A stretch of 64,000 bases of DNA from Candidatus Thorarchaeota archaeon (GCA_019057475.1 DXJO01000052.1:1-64000); one strand, 5' to 3'; shown: positions 10,229-20,908, counted from the stretch's first letter. Notes: generated from the letters alone by a model not told the origin. Translations and numbers: made by a program.

Positions 10229-11299
10229 ATGCGCCGAATGAATCCTTTTGCAAACATTCCGACCATCATGACTGCAGAGGAGCTTATTGCGTTTGCGCAT
10301 AGCAAATCGACTCGCGCGAGCATGAAGAGTTCGCACAGGCTAAAGAAAGTTGAGAGGACGCGAATCAGAGAGATTACGCGCCTTCAGGAATTCGTGAAAC
10401 ACGTGAAAGCGAAGCTCCGAATAACAGTGGAGGAATTCCCGTCCTTGGAACGTATGCATCCATTCTACCTGGAACTGACAGACGTTCTCGTCGGAACTGA
10501 CAAGCTCAAGCAATCCTTGGGGGCGGTGTATAATTGCATCAGCCTCATCGACGACATAGCCAGCAAGCATCTTGAGGCACTCAAACTGGCTAATGATTTC
10601 AAACAGCTGAAGCGATCACGTAGCGCCGCGAAGGGGCGAATATCGTCAATCTTGAGAGCTACAGCAAAGAACTTGGACTTCATCATCGAGGCCAAGATGG
10701 TCATGTCCCGTCTTCCCGGTATAAGTCCCAACTCGCCCACCATTGTCTGTGCAGGTTTCCCAAATGTTGGCAAGTCCACCCTTGTCAAGGCTGTTTCCAC
10801 GGCAACGCCCGAGATTGCATACTATCCATTCACAACACGTGAAGTCATCGTGGGCCACCTAACTATTGAGAATCATAGTGTTCAGATTGTTGATACGCCG
10901 GGAATCCTCGATCGCCCGATGGCTGAAAGGAACGAAATCGAGAGGTCGGCCATTGCAGCTCTAAAGTATCTGGCTCACGTCATCATCTTCATGGTTGATC
11001 CATCTGAGGCCTGCGGCTGGAGCATCGATGAGCAGGTAAATCTATACAACGAGGTCCGCAGAATGTTCCCCCTCAATCCATTGTTGGTGGTCTTCAACAA
11101 GGTAGACATCACTCCTCCAGAGCACTTGAAGGCAGCAAGAATCAAGTTGCAGCCGAGTCATGAGATTATCGCCAGCGAGGGAGTGGGCATCGACGAATTG
11201 ATGGTTGACGCAGTTGAGGCGGTTGACCTGACTTCTCTTCAGGAGTCAGTGGATGCGTACATTTCATCTCTCTCCAGAGGAAAGCCCAATTCCTTCTGA
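10229..11299 (+). CDS. NOG1 family GTPase
   Basis: HPFY, GFPNVGKS, YPFTT, DTPG, NKVD. Confidence 0.93.
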   Translation: MRRMNPFANIPTIMTAEELIAFAHSKSTRASMKSSHRLKKVERTRIREITRLQEFVKHVKAKLRITVEEFPSLERMHPFYLELTDVLVGTDKLKQSLGAVYNCISLIDDIASKHLEALKLANDFKQLKRSRSAAKGRISSILRATAKNLDFIIEAKMVMSRLPGISPNSPTIVCAGFPNVGKSTLVKAVSTATPEIAYYPFTTREVIVGHLTIENHSVQIVDTPGILDRPMAERNEIERSAIAALKYLAHVIIFMVDPSEACGWSIDEQVNLYNEVRRMFPLNPLLVVFNKVDITPPEHLKAARIKLQPSHEIIASEGVGIDELMVDAVEAVDLTSLQESVDAYISSLSRGKPNSF

Positions 11300-12343
11300 G
11301 GTCAGGATTCCTGGTGCTCCGATTTTCCCCTCAAGTGTCATCTTGAGACCAAGGATGCGTTCTGCTACCCGGATGTTTGTTTCTAGGTGCGATGTTAGTT
11401 TAGTCACACCGATTCTACTCCTGCCCGATGCTATAGCAAGATATGGCACAAGCATGTCACTCAGATGCGAGTCGATAGCCATCTCTGTTGAAAGTTCACT
11501 CAGGAGATGTTGAGCGGATTCTGCGCCGACAAGCTCTGCTCTCTTTCCTCTCTCTCCAAGCCTGTCAGCCCCAAGCCGGATACCATCGCGAGACTCGGCC
11601 CAGATAACAATGCCACTTCCCGGGCCCAGATGCGGGTCCTTGTTCTTTGGATAGCTCTCGCGAACCATGTGTTCTGTTTCTATGTCGTGTTCAGCTAGGA
11701 TGCTCTCCGCAGATGAAGCCTGTCTCTCCGCAACATGTGAGGGCAGCCTGACACAATGAGAGATGCCATTCACGTACTGCAGCTCGCCAAACTGCACCAA
11801 ATCGAGTGGTTGAATCGTTTTCACAGGGATTATTTCGCACGAAACATTGCCTCCACCTCTGGGGTAGTGGCCGCGTCGATGCTGGACGATTTCTACACGA
11901 GGTCCCATTTGATACAGGACATTGACAAACAGATTGCGCATGTAATCGATTGGTGGACTCCAAGCAACATCAGTACCTCCTCTGAAATTGAAACTTACTG
12001 GGTCTGGCGATAGCACCGCAGGCGGAAGCACGGCTTGAAGGATTAGGGATATGGAACCGGCTGTTCCTACGTCGTAGCTAAACTCACCACTCTGTCTTGT
12101 TCTTGGGATAAACTCGATTTCTGTGCTTCCCACTTCCAAGCCCTTGACAGAAGCGTCGACAAGCTGGGCTGTGAGCTTTATTCCTGCCATGTGCTGTCTT
12201 CTAAGTCCCGGATTACGCCGCCCTGCCCGGATATTTGTGATTTTTACTGGTTTCATAGTTATCGCAGACAATGAAATCGAGGTCCGCAGTATTTGTCCAC
12301 CGCCCTCACCATAGGAACCATCAATCTCAATCATCGCAACCAT
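11264..12343 (-). CDS. rtcA: RNA 3'-terminal phosphate cyclase
   Basis: DGSYGEGGGQILRT, GGTDV, HYPRGGG, TSHLETN. Confidence 0.96.
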   Translation of the reverse strand: MVAMIEIDGSYGEGGGQILRTSISLSAITMKPVKITNIRAGRRNPGLRRQHMAGIKLTAQLVDASVKGLEVGSTEIEFIPRTRQSGEFSYDVGTAGSISLILQAVLPPAVLSPDPVSFNFRGGTDVAWSPPIDYMRNLFVNVLYQMGPRVEIVQHRRGHYPRGGGNVSCEIIPVKTIQPLDLVQFGELQYVNGISHCVRLPSHVAERQASSAESILAEHDIETEHMVRESYPKNKDPHLGPGSGIVIWAESRDGIRLGADRLGERGKRAELVGAESAQHLLSELSTEMAIDSHLSDMLVPYLAIASGRSRIGVTKLTSHLETNIRVAERILGLKMTLEGKIGAPGILTSEGIGLSSGER

Positions 12344-12468
12344 CTTGGTGGTAGATGTAGGGTCGCTGTTAAGAAACGCTGCGTTTCAATTCAAAGGTCA
12401 TTTCTCAGTCGGCTTTCTCGAACACTCAAGGCTTATCTGGGATGCCATTCCACCCCATCACGATTACG

Positions 12469-12990
12469 ATGCGGTCAGTGTTCATAGGACGCTTCCAGCC
12501 AGTTCACAAGGGACACATTCACACGATTAAGCAGATTCTGGAGCGAGGCGAAGACCTGACGATTGTCATTGGAAGCTCCCAGTACGCTTACACACCTGAC
12601 AATCCCTTCACTGGTGGTGAGCGAGTTATGTTTCTTAAGCGCGCCATAATGGATGAGGGTTTACCGCCAGAGCGCATTGACATAATCCCCCTTCCTGACA
12701 TCAACATTCACCCGATCTGGGTAGCACACCTCAAGAGTTTCGTACCTTACTTCGAAAAGGCGTACACCCATAATCCACTTGTCAGAGAGCTTCTAAAGGA
12801 TGCAGGCATTAGGGTGGACGAAACAGAGCTCTTGGAGCGGGATACGTTCAGTGCACGACATATTCGGGACCTTCTCCGATGGGGTGGCGAGTGGGAGCCA
12901 TTGGTGCCAAAGGGCGTGGCCCAACTGATCAAGAAGCACAGCCTTGACAAGCGGGTCAAAGATATCGGTGAAGTGAAAATTAAACGATAG
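12469..12990 (+). CDS. Nicotinamide-nucleotide adenylyltransferase
   Basis: FIGRFQPVHKGH, NPFTGGER. Confidence 0.93.
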   Translation: MRSVFIGRFQPVHKGHIHTIKQILERGEDLTIVIGSSQYAYTPDNPFTGGERVMFLKRAIMDEGLPPERIDIIPLPDINIHPIWVAHLKSFVPYFEKAYTHNPLVRELLKDAGIRVDETELLERDTFSARHIRDLLRWGGEWEPLVPKGVAQLIKKHSLDKRVKDIGEVKIKR

Positions 12991-13150
12991 AAACTCGCTA
13001 CACTCAAGGTACACTTTAAATAACAAGCACAGCCAAAACTCCTTTGGTGAACGATTAATGCTAGGTGAATGTGTTCCGCATTACCAATAGTCTTGTTCTT
13101 CATCCTAGTCAATACTCTATAGTTCAATTCAATGACAAGAAGTTGATATC

Positions 13151-14635
13151 ATGAGCGGATTGGATGAGCAAAAAAAGAGCAAGCAGGTCATCTTCAACAT
13201 AAGCAAGAGGAATGATTTTCCAGAATGGTACAGTGAGATTGTCAAGGTGGCTGAGCTCGCTGACGTCAGATACGGGGTGAAGGGATTCACACCATTCTTG
13301 CCTTGGAGCACTATGACGATGAACCTCATGTTCGATCTTCTTGAGGAGGTCCTCCAGCGCAAGAAGCACCTGCCCATGCTATTTCCGACAGTGATACCAG
13401 AGAGCAGTCTCACAAAGGAGGCAGACCATGTTGAGGGCTTCACGCCCCAAGTGTTCTGGATCAAGGAGTTTGGTGATGGTCAAGAGCTGGAAGAGCGTCT
13501 GGCTCTCAGGCCAACGAGTGAAACCGCCATATATCCAATGTATTCCCTGTGGATACGCAGTTGGAGAGACCTACCTCTGAAACGCTACCAGCGATGCTCA
13601 GTGTTCCGCTCTGAGGTCAAGAGCACTCGGCCCTTCCTTAGAGGAAGGGAGTTCCTATGGATTGAGTCTCACAATGTGTTTGCTACTCATGACGAGGTGC
13701 TAGCACAAGTAATGGAAGATTTGGAAACTACAAAAGAAGTAGTTACAGAAGACTACGGTCTCCCTGTTCTGATCTTCAAGCGTACACAGTGGGACAAGTT
13801 TCCCGGCGGACTCAACACTTATGCAGCAGATACCCTGATGCCTGATGGAAAGGTAATCCAGTTGCCCTCCACACACGACCTTGGCGACAACTTCGCAAAG
13901 GCATTTGATATCAAGTATCTGGATGAAAACAATGAAACTGTCCACCCATTTCAGACGTGTTATGGTCCTGCAATTTCACGAATCTTTGGTGCTATGATCT
14001 CGATACACGGTGACGACAAGGGGCTACGGCTCCCCTTTAGGATTGCTCCCTACCAAGTGGTCATTGTTCCAATCTTCAGAGGGAATGATGCAGATGAGGT
14101 GATGGAGTACTGCCGTGGCATAGAGAGCAAGCTGCGCAAATCAAGCATCCGAGTCCATCTTGACGATTGTGATGCTACTCCTGGCTGGAAGTTTAACTAC
14201 TGGGAGATGAAGGGGGCACCCATTCGTCTTGAGGCTGGCCCTCGTGATATGAAGAAGCAACAGGTTGTGCTCTTCCGCAGAGACCTCCTAGAGCGCGAAC
14301 CCGTTGAACTAGATGGACTGGTTAAGAGGGTGCGTAACCTTGGCAAGGAAATCGACAAGAATCTACGTGCCATGGCCGAAGCCAAATTCGAGGACCTCAT
14401 CGTGGATGCAGATACCATGGGCGGAATCTCTGACGCTTTGGATCAGGGGAAGATTGCCCGAATACCCTTCTGTACCACCGAGATGGAGGGCCTTGCCTGT
14501 GACGAGGAAATCAAAGACAAGACCGGCGGCGAGATCAGAGGTACGAGGATGGACGTTGAGGAACAACCAGAGGGCGTCTGTATCGTTTGCGGTAAACCTG
14601 CCAAAGAAATCGTGTACGTGGCCCGATCGTATTAG
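13151..14635 (+). CDS. proS: Prolyl-tRNA synthetase (archaeal/eukaryotic type)
   Basis: LRPTSET, RPFLRGREFLW, WEMKGAPIR, C-terminal ARSY. Confidence 0.97.
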   Translation: MSGLDEQKKSKQVIFNISKRNDFPEWYSEIVKVAELADVRYGVKGFTPFLPWSTMTMNLMFDLLEEVLQRKKHLPMLFPTVIPESSLTKEADHVEGFTPQVFWIKEFGDGQELEERLALRPTSETAIYPMYSLWIRSWRDLPLKRYQRCSVFRSEVKSTRPFLRGREFLWIESHNVFATHDEVLAQVMEDLETTKEVVTEDYGLPVLIFKRTQWDKFPGGLNTYAADTLMPDGKVIQLPSTHDLGDNFAKAFDIKYLDENNETVHPFQTCYGPAISRIFGAMISIHGDDKGLRLPFRIAPYQVVIVPIFRGNDADEVMEYCRGIESKLRKSSIRVHLDDCDATPGWKFNYWEMKGAPIRLEAGPRDMKKQQVVLFRRDLLEREPVELDGLVKRVRNLGKEIDKNLRAMAEAKFEDLIVDADTMGGISDALDQGKIARIPFCTTEMEGLACDEEIKDKTGGEIRGTRMDVEEQPEGVCIVCGKPAKEIVYVARSY

Positions 14636-14651
14636 TCAACACAAAGTCAAG

Positions 14652-14682
14652 GCCCCGGGATTCGGGGCTCTACTCTCTTTTT
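14652..14682 (+). terminator. Hairpin plus pyrimidine tract after proS
   Basis: GCCCCG-GGATT-CGGGGC followed by TCTACTCTCTTTTT. Confidence 0.45.
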
Positions 14683-14760
14683 CCTCCAACCGACGAGGTC
14701 CCCATCCGTATTGTCTTAAGCAACGAGATGCAACTAACAATCCCTTGGGAGTTGAAACTT

Positions 14761-15750
14761 GTGAAGGTGCTTATTCCCTACGAAGATGCAGAGATTGTAA
14801 ACACGATTAAGAGCGTACTTGGAGATGAAGCTGAGGTCGTGGTGTCGTCAAGGGATCCTGAGGCTATGATTAAGGCCGGGGGGGATGCTGTGGCGGTGGC
14901 CTCTGGCCGTGTCCCAGGCGAATACATCCGTGCGGCGTCGAATCTACGGATGATTCAAGCTTTTGGTGCTGGAATCGACAAAATCGACCATGAAGCAGTC
15001 AGAGAGCATGAAGACATAGTTGTATGCAATTCTCATGCAAATGCAGCCGAGGTGTCCGAGTACACGATTATGCTTCTCCTAGCAGCCGCAAAGAACATCA
15101 TTGTGAGTGATCGAGAACTTCGAAAGGGTGACTGGTCTCGTGGATGGGGTGGTTCCAGACCTAACATAGAGATTCGAGGGAAAATTTGTCTGCTCGTTGG
15201 GTTAGGGAATGTCGCGTCTGCGATTGCGAAACGATTGAAGCCGTTTGGGCTGCAACTCCATGCAGTGACTCGCACTGGGAGTGGTATCAAAACAGACTTG
15301 GTCGACAAGATATCTTCAATTAGAAATCTAGAGAGCGCAGTTCGAGACGCAGATTTCATCATCCTTGCTCTTCCGCTTACCAAGGATTCTCGGGGTCTGG
15401 TTGATGACCGTTTCCTATCATGGATGAAACCATCATCTATACTGGTCAATATCTCTCGTGGTCCAATCGTGGACGAGGCGGCTCTTTACGCAGCTCTTGC
15501 AGAAGGTAGGATTGGTGGAGCAGCCCTAGATGTCTGGTGGGAGTATCCCCGCAAGAGGAAGGGCACAATCAAACCACCCTCCAACGACTTTGCATTCCAC
15601 GAGCTCGACAATGTTGTGGTGTCGCCTCATAGGGCAGCGTATTCCGAGGGCATAATGAATGAACAGATCCGTTTTGTTGGCGAGAACATCCTACGCTTCA
15701 TTCGGGGAGAGAAACCTTGGAATGTGGTTGACATGAACCTGGGTTACTAA
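14761..15750 (+). CDS. D-2-hydroxyacid dehydrogenase family protein
   Basis: GAGIDKID, GLGNVA, VNISRG, AALDVW, SPHRA; GTG start assumed. Confidence 0.9.
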   Translation: MKVLIPYEDAEIVNTIKSVLGDEAEVVVSSRDPEAMIKAGGDAVAVASGRVPGEYIRAASNLRMIQAFGAGIDKIDHEAVREHEDIVVCNSHANAAEVSEYTIMLLLAAAKNIIVSDRELRKGDWSRGWGGSRPNIEIRGKICLLVGLGNVASAIAKRLKPFGLQLHAVTRTGSGIKTDLVDKISSIRNLESAVRDADFIILALPLTKDSRGLVDDRFLSWMKPSSILVNISRGPIVDEAALYAALAEGRIGGAALDVWWEYPRKRKGTIKPPSNDFAFHELDNVVVSPHRAAYSEGIMNEQIRFVGENILRFIRGEKPWNVVDMNLGY

Positions 15751-15867
15751 TTCGTTTAGCGCCAGAGTCTGCCCGGATATTTCCTCAGCTCAATTTTGTA
15801 CGAGGTTTTGAATGTATGTCAGGAATGAATACTCAAGGCGGTATGCACGAAGGAGGTATTTTTCCAG

Positions 15868-18159
15868 ATGGTCAATCGAGAACTACACGACTCATGGCAC
15901 ACGAGAGTCAACGCTTTAAAGGGGCCACCATTGACGACAGAATACAGCTATAACACAGGAGAAGTGAGCTTGAGCATAGATAGTCTATCAACCATTCCGG
16001 GAGTAGGCGAGAAGGTCAGGAAGGCTCTCACAGACCATTTTGGTAGTGAAGCAATCGCTCTCAAGGTCATTCTAGACTCACGTGTAGACCTTGTGGCGGC
16101 TGTGCCAGGAATTGGCTCAAGACAAGCAGTGAATATCGTGAAAGGTGCCTTTGAGGCTGAGTTCGGCGTGAGTGCAAACACGATTCTTCGCAGTGCTGAT
16201 ATGCGCAAGATATTCGATCAGGTGCTCGGAATAATCCGTGGATACGCTAAGACGAGCTATGGCAAGGACAAGCTACTCCTCTATTTTCCGCTGCCTCCAG
16301 AAAAAATCGATGTTATTCGTGAGCGGCAAGAGTATTTTGCAGATGCTGCAGAGATTGCTCGCAATCTCACTCAAGAGTCGATCGATTCGCTCGGAACTCT
16401 CCTAGGCAATGTGCGTGGCCTGTACAGAAGAATAAAACCTAGGAGGCTTGAGGGCAGGGTCATTATCACGAACGACGACAAGGTTTTTGATGCACTGATA
16501 AACGAGCGAGTAGACAGATGGTGCCCGGTCTATGTTCTATCCGAGGGCGAGAGTGGAGCAGACTATGCCAAAGGCTACGACTTGGTGCTCTTCATATCAC
16601 CATTCGGCGTACTCGATGACTCATTGGACATGTTTGACAATGTTGAGATGCTTGGCAAGGACTGGACCGTTGACAAACTCCTGCCCGAAAGAACAGTCAG
16701 TTTCTATTCAAGAAACTACAAAGTCATCGATGCTGCATGCAAACTTGCTGAAACTTTCAATACTCTTCCAGACAACGAATCCATGAAGAGGTTCAGGGAC
16801 AGTCTTGATTTCGAGGATCTCTCCAAGGTGAGCGAGATTCTGGAGAACCTTCAGGAGGATGGAGGTATTACTGAGGGGATGGACTCCGAACTGGATAGAT
16901 TCAGAAAGGCAGTCAAGACCTTCCCGACTGCTGTTGCTGAAATAGAGTCATGGCTGAATGAAGAGATTAGGACAAGAATCACGAAGAGCGAGATCAAGCT
17001 TGGTGGTCAACAAATTATCAATATACTGCAGTCTGCAGATATGGAAGGAGCAGAGGGAAGTGCTCTGCGGAATATGCTGCCCGCAGAGATCATCGAAACA
17101 TTCACGGCAAGCGTGCAAGAAGCCGAGGACAGGCTTGTTCAGATGCTTGGGCTTAGCATAAAAGAGGCCGATTGGACTACAGGAGTAGTCAGCGAGGAAA
17201 TCGCACTTCCGGTGAAGATGGTTCCAACTCAGATTAACACCCTTGAGGATCGGCTCAGACGAATCTATGCAGACAAGCAATTCGTCATCATCAAGAAAAT
17301 TGCGTCGCAGCTTGATGAGCTCAAAGAAACAGTGACCAATGCTGTGCAGACTTTGCTTGAGTTTGATTTGTTCCTAGCAGTTGGATCGTTTGCTAAGGAC
17401 TATAACCTCCAAACTCCAGATCTATCATTGGACTACGAGGGCGTTGGCATCCAAGGGGCCAGTAATGTATTCCTTGTTGAGAGTATGCTGAAGGGCAGAC
17501 ATGGCAAAGTGCAGCCAATTGATTACACCATAGGAAAGACGCCTTTCCAACCGGCTGGAACCCACGGCGAAAATTGTGTCATTCTCTCAGGAGCCAATAG
17601 CGGTGGCAAGACCACGACAATACAGACGCTTGCTCAAATCGTGGCGATGGCACAGACCGGCTTTCCCGTGCCAGCGAGGGAAGCTAATATTCGTGTATTT
17701 GAGGAACTCTACTTCTTCTACAAGAGTCGCGGCGTAGTCAATGCGGGCGCTTTTGAAACGACACTGAAACAGTTCGCAGAGATCGTTGTGTCTACCAAGT
17801 CGAAGATAGTTCTTTTCGATGAAATTGAAGCAATAACAGAACCCGGAAGCGCTGCCAATGTCATTGCCGGCTTGGTTGAGATATTGCAGAGCGACCCAAA
17901 GAGCTGCACAGTTATCTGTAGCCATATGGCAAAGGAAGTCCGGGAATCTACAAACGTGCCCATGAGGATTGATGGCATTGAGGCGAAGGGCCTCGATGAG
18001 AACTTGGAACTCATTGTTGATAGGACGCCCCGCTTTGGTCATCTTGCCAGGAGCACCCCGGAACTCATAGTCGAACGGCTCACAAAGATGGCCAAGGGGA
18101 AGAAACAAGAGGTCTACGCGAAGATATTAGAGAATTTAACGCGAGAACGGTCCAATTAG
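15868..18159 (+). CDS. Archaeal MutS-like protein (HhH repeats plus MutS ATPase domain)
   Basis: IPGVG/VPGIG HhH motifs, SGANSGGKTT, AGAFE, LFDEIEAITEPG; true start is probably near 15964. Confidence 0.85.
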   Translation: MVNRELHDSWHTRVNALKGPPLTTEYSYNTGEVSLSIDSLSTIPGVGEKVRKALTDHFGSEAIALKVILDSRVDLVAAVPGIGSRQAVNIVKGAFEAEFGVSANTILRSADMRKIFDQVLGIIRGYAKTSYGKDKLLLYFPLPPEKIDVIRERQEYFADAAEIARNLTQESIDSLGTLLGNVRGLYRRIKPRRLEGRVIITNDDKVFDALINERVDRWCPVYVLSEGESGADYAKGYDLVLFISPFGVLDDSLDMFDNVEMLGKDWTVDKLLPERTVSFYSRNYKVIDAACKLAETFNTLPDNESMKRFRDSLDFEDLSKVSEILENLQEDGGITEGMDSELDRFRKAVKTFPTAVAEIESWLNEEIRTRITKSEIKLGGQQIINILQSADMEGAEGSALRNMLPAEIIETFTASVQEAEDRLVQMLGLSIKEADWTTGVVSEEIALPVKMVPTQINTLEDRLRRIYADKQFVIIKKIASQLDELKETVTNAVQTLLEFDLFLAVGSFAKDYNLQTPDLSLDYEGVGIQGASNVFLVESMLKGRHGKVQPIDYTIGKTPFQPAGTHGENCVILSGANSGGKTTTIQTLAQIVAMAQTGFPVPAREANIRVFEELYFFYKSRGVVNAGAFETTLKQFAEIVVSTKSKIVLFDEIEAITEPGSAANVIAGLVEILQSDPKSCTVICSHMAKEVRESTNVPMRIDGIEAKGLDENLELIVDRTPRFGHLARSTPELIVERLTKMAKGKKQEVYAKILENLTRERSN

Positions 18160-18160
18160 G

Positions 18161-18772
18161 TTGCAAATGATGGAAACCGTGAAGGTTGGGATAAAAACGC
18201 AGAAAGTTCTGGTCTTTGGCGACACACATATGCCGACTCGAACGGACTCGATACCCGCCAGCTTCTATGAGCAAATAAAACAGACACAGTACAATTTAGC
18301 ACTAGTGACTGGTGACCTAGTACGCGAGCAGGCAATGAGAGCAGCCCTTCCTCCCCTGCCTAAGTGCTACATCGTCAAAGGCAATATGGACTACGGCCAC
18401 GACTACAGATTCCACGAGCAACTGCAAATCGAGGGCCTGAACGTTCTCCTGCTTCATGGCACGCAACTACGGCCAAGGGGTGGCATCAAACAATTTCATG
18501 AAATACTCTGCCGCGTAGGCGCAGACATCGGCATTCATGGCCATACTCACAAGCCCACGATTGACCTCTATGAGGGCAAGCTGATGATTAACCCCGGCAC
18601 AATCTCAGGTGCCACAGGCGGCTGGAGGGGACGTGATGATGCCAGTTTTGTCGAACTTGAGATATCCAGCAGCGATGTGAGAGTGATTCTCTACAACACC
18701 GATTGGCACTTGGTGAAGAAATCGGAGCTGCTATTCCACAAGAGGAATGGCGACATGTTTCGTTCAGAGTAA
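18161..18772 (+). CDS. YfcE/Vps29-like metallophosphoesterase
   Basis: GDTHMP, TGD, VKGNMD, HG, GHTH, INPG. Confidence 0.88.
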   Translation: MQMMETVKVGIKTQKVLVFGDTHMPTRTDSIPASFYEQIKQTQYNLALVTGDLVREQAMRAALPPLPKCYIVKGNMDYGHDYRFHEQLQIEGLNVLLLHGTQLRPRGGIKQFHEILCRVGADIGIHGHTHKPTIDLYEGKLMINPGTISGATGGWRGRDDASFVELEISSSDVRVILYNTDWHLVKKSELLFHKRNGDMFRSE

Positions 18773-18793
18773 CGGACAACGATCCATACGATT

Positions 18794-19459
18794 TCAAGCT
18801 GCAGGTCCCCACGGGTCAGGACTGAGAAGCTGCACATAGACTTTCACCAGTATCCGCGTGGCTTCTACACTTGCTCTCCGCATTGTAGCATCATCGAGTT
18901 GGGTTGAACCGCCACCTTTCTTCGAGAACATACTCCGGAGCCTACTCATGATTGCGCCTCCCGAGTCGCTAGGTCTGGATATGGCAGCAGTCTTAATCTC
19001 CTCTTCTGGGTCAATGTCCCGCATGAACTTCAGCTCAGAGAAGAACTCAGACAGTGTTCGTTTGACTGCCTTCTTTGGGGGTGTATCCTCCGGTAGGACT
19101 GAGGCCAAATCTAGGGTTTGTTTTCTGAGACGACGCGATATAATGGACTGAACGGTTTCAGCGAACAATCTATTGGTTCCTGAGGCAATGCCTATTCCGA
19201 TCATGAGCATGCGTATCCTGTCAAGGTATAGTCCTGCATCGCTTCCCTTGATTTCCTTGTGGCTCATGGACGCTCGCCAGTCGTCATAGACTTCTCTGAC
19301 CTTGCGAATATCCTCTTCATGTTCACCCAGCTTGCTCAGTTCCTCTGGTGGAATGATTGGGCACCAGAGCATGGGAATCAAATCGCTGTCAGTATCTTGC
19401 GGCGACATAGTCGTTTGTAGGACATCCTCTGTATTATTCCTTAGCTGTATCACTACCAC
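18794..19459 (-). CDS. Hypothetical helical protein
   Basis: Long ORF filling the gap; no motif recognised. Confidence 0.6.
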   Translation of the reverse strand: MVVIQLRNNTEDVLQTTMSPQDTDSDLIPMLWCPIIPPEELSKLGEHEEDIRKVREVYDDWRASMSHKEIKGSDAGLYLDRIRMLMIGIGIASGTNRLFAETVQSIISRRLRKQTLDLASVLPEDTPPKKAVKRTLSEFFSELKFMRDIDPEEEIKTAAISRPSDSGGAIMSRLRSMFSKKGGGSTQLDDATMRRASVEATRILVKVYVQLLSPDPWGPAA

Positions 19460-19552
19460 AGCTCGAATTGCTGGAAAATCCAGTATTGCAGGACCAAACT
19501 AATGGCTCTGCGCAGGCAGTCTCTTTCAAATAGGGAGCGGGGATAAACCGGA

Positions 19553-19849
19553 GTGCCGGTTGTGATTCCTATGCCGAAGTACAATGTGAAGATAGAAGTA
19601 ATTGACATTCTTGGTGAAGGAAAATGCTCCATGGATCAGAAGATTGGAGATGTCTACAGATATCCTGAAGACAGGGGCAAGATGTGCCCGACTTCGTTCT
19701 GCATCATGTGGCCAATGATACTGGTCATGCTATCAGGAGGGAACTTCGACGGTTTTGAAGATGATGGGAATAGTACGACGGTAGGCTGTAGTGACTATAG
19801 CCATCAAGTGGTATACAAAATCACCCGGAATGCGATACCAGATTCGTAG
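19553..19849 (+). CDS. TIGR04076-like small Cys protein
   Basis: GKC...GD...GKMCP...GCSD...VVYKI. Confidence 0.7.
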   Translation: MPVVIPMPKYNVKIEVIDILGEGKCSMDQKIGDVYRYPEDRGKMCPTSFCIMWPMILVMLSGGNFDGFEDDGNSTTVGCSDYSHQVVYKITRNAIPDS

Positions 19850-19861
19850 CAGAAGGAGGAG

Positions 19862-19995
19862 CGCCGCCGGGAGGGCTCGAACCTTTAGCCGTCCGTCACG
19901 AAGTGTAACGAACTCCGACCAACAACTGTCTAACGGCAGAGAACAAATCTCTTACCGATAACAGGCTGTCGCTCTACCAACTGAGCCACGGCGGC
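19862..19995 (-). tRNA. tRNA-Asn(GTT) with two introns (37/38: 19928-19958; 50/51: 19885-19914)
   Basis: GCCGCCG/CGGCGGC acceptor stem, D arm, ACAGC-CTGTTA|A-GTTGT anticodon arm. Removing intron 2 restores the T stem GGAGG-TTCGAGC-CCTCC. BHB-like junctions; CCA not encoded. Confidence 0.9.
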
Positions 19996-20062
19996 ACATG
20001 TTGTGGTCGCCTCCTCCTTGTGGTGGTAATATTAAGATTGCTGTCCCACGCCCTTCGACGAT

Positions 20063-20824
20063 TCACCCAAACACGTTATCCAGAATCATCATGAGTATGA
20101 ATCCTGCCATGAGTCCGATTGTCGCAACTCGCGCAAAGCCGCCAGAATGGCTTTCAGGCACTATCTCATCACTCACTACGAATATCATTGCGCCAGCAGC
20201 GAAGGCTAGGCCATAGGGGAGCAAGAACTGTGCGAATGTGACAACAGAAACTCCGAGAAGGCCTCCGATTGGCTCGACAAGGCCAGTGAGCAGTGCAATA
20301 CCCCCAGCCTTCCACTTTGAATATCCTTCTCTAACAAGTGGAGCAGCTACTGCAAGCCCCTCCGGGATGTTCTGAAGCCCGATTGCTATAGCGATTGCGA
20401 TCCCTGTGCCCATGTCTTCTGCTCCAAATGCAACACCAACTGCAAGCCCCTCAGGGAAGTTGTGGATTGTTATTGCGATAACAAAAAGCCAGATACGTGA
20501 CATCGCAGAGGGAGGGCCCTCAGGTCCCGTTTCGAAGTGCTCATGTGGAATGAACTTATCCGCGACATGAACGAAGAAACCACCAAGTGCAAAGCCTAGG
20601 GCAACAACCCAGACCCCTCCTAGTGGATGTGCCAGTGCCGGTACGAGTAAGCTGAATGCAGAGGCTGCAAGCATCACTCCCGCAGCAAATCCAAGCATGA
20701 TGTCCAGAGTCCTTCGACTAGGCTTGCCACCTATTAGAACTGGAATTGCACCCAGTCCTGTTGCGGCGCCTGCTAGAAGACTTGCTAATACTCCCATTGT
20801 GACGACGTCGGATATCAGCTGCAT
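20063..20824 (-). CDS. ZIP family metal transporter (GufA-like)
   Basis: GFAAGVML, PHEH, HNFPEG, QNIPEG, EIVPESH. Confidence 0.94.
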   Translation of the reverse strand: MQLISDVVTMGVLASLLAGAATGLGAIPVLIGGKPSRRTLDIMLGFAAGVMLAASAFSLLVPALAHPLGGVWVVALGFALGGFFVHVADKFIPHEHFETGPEGPPSAMSRIWLFVIAITIHNFPEGLAVGVAFGAEDMGTGIAIAIAIGLQNIPEGLAVAAPLVREGYSKWKAGGIALLTGLVEPIGGLLGVSVVTFAQFLLPYGLAFAAGAMIFVVSDEIVPESHSGGFARVATIGLMAGFILMMILDNVFG

Positions 20825-20908
20825 CTGAACTGCTCCTATGTAGATGTAGAGTGGTGTGAATGTGGTATAAGACCCTTGCTAAAGGAGATAGAAGAATGTG
20901 GGCATCTA

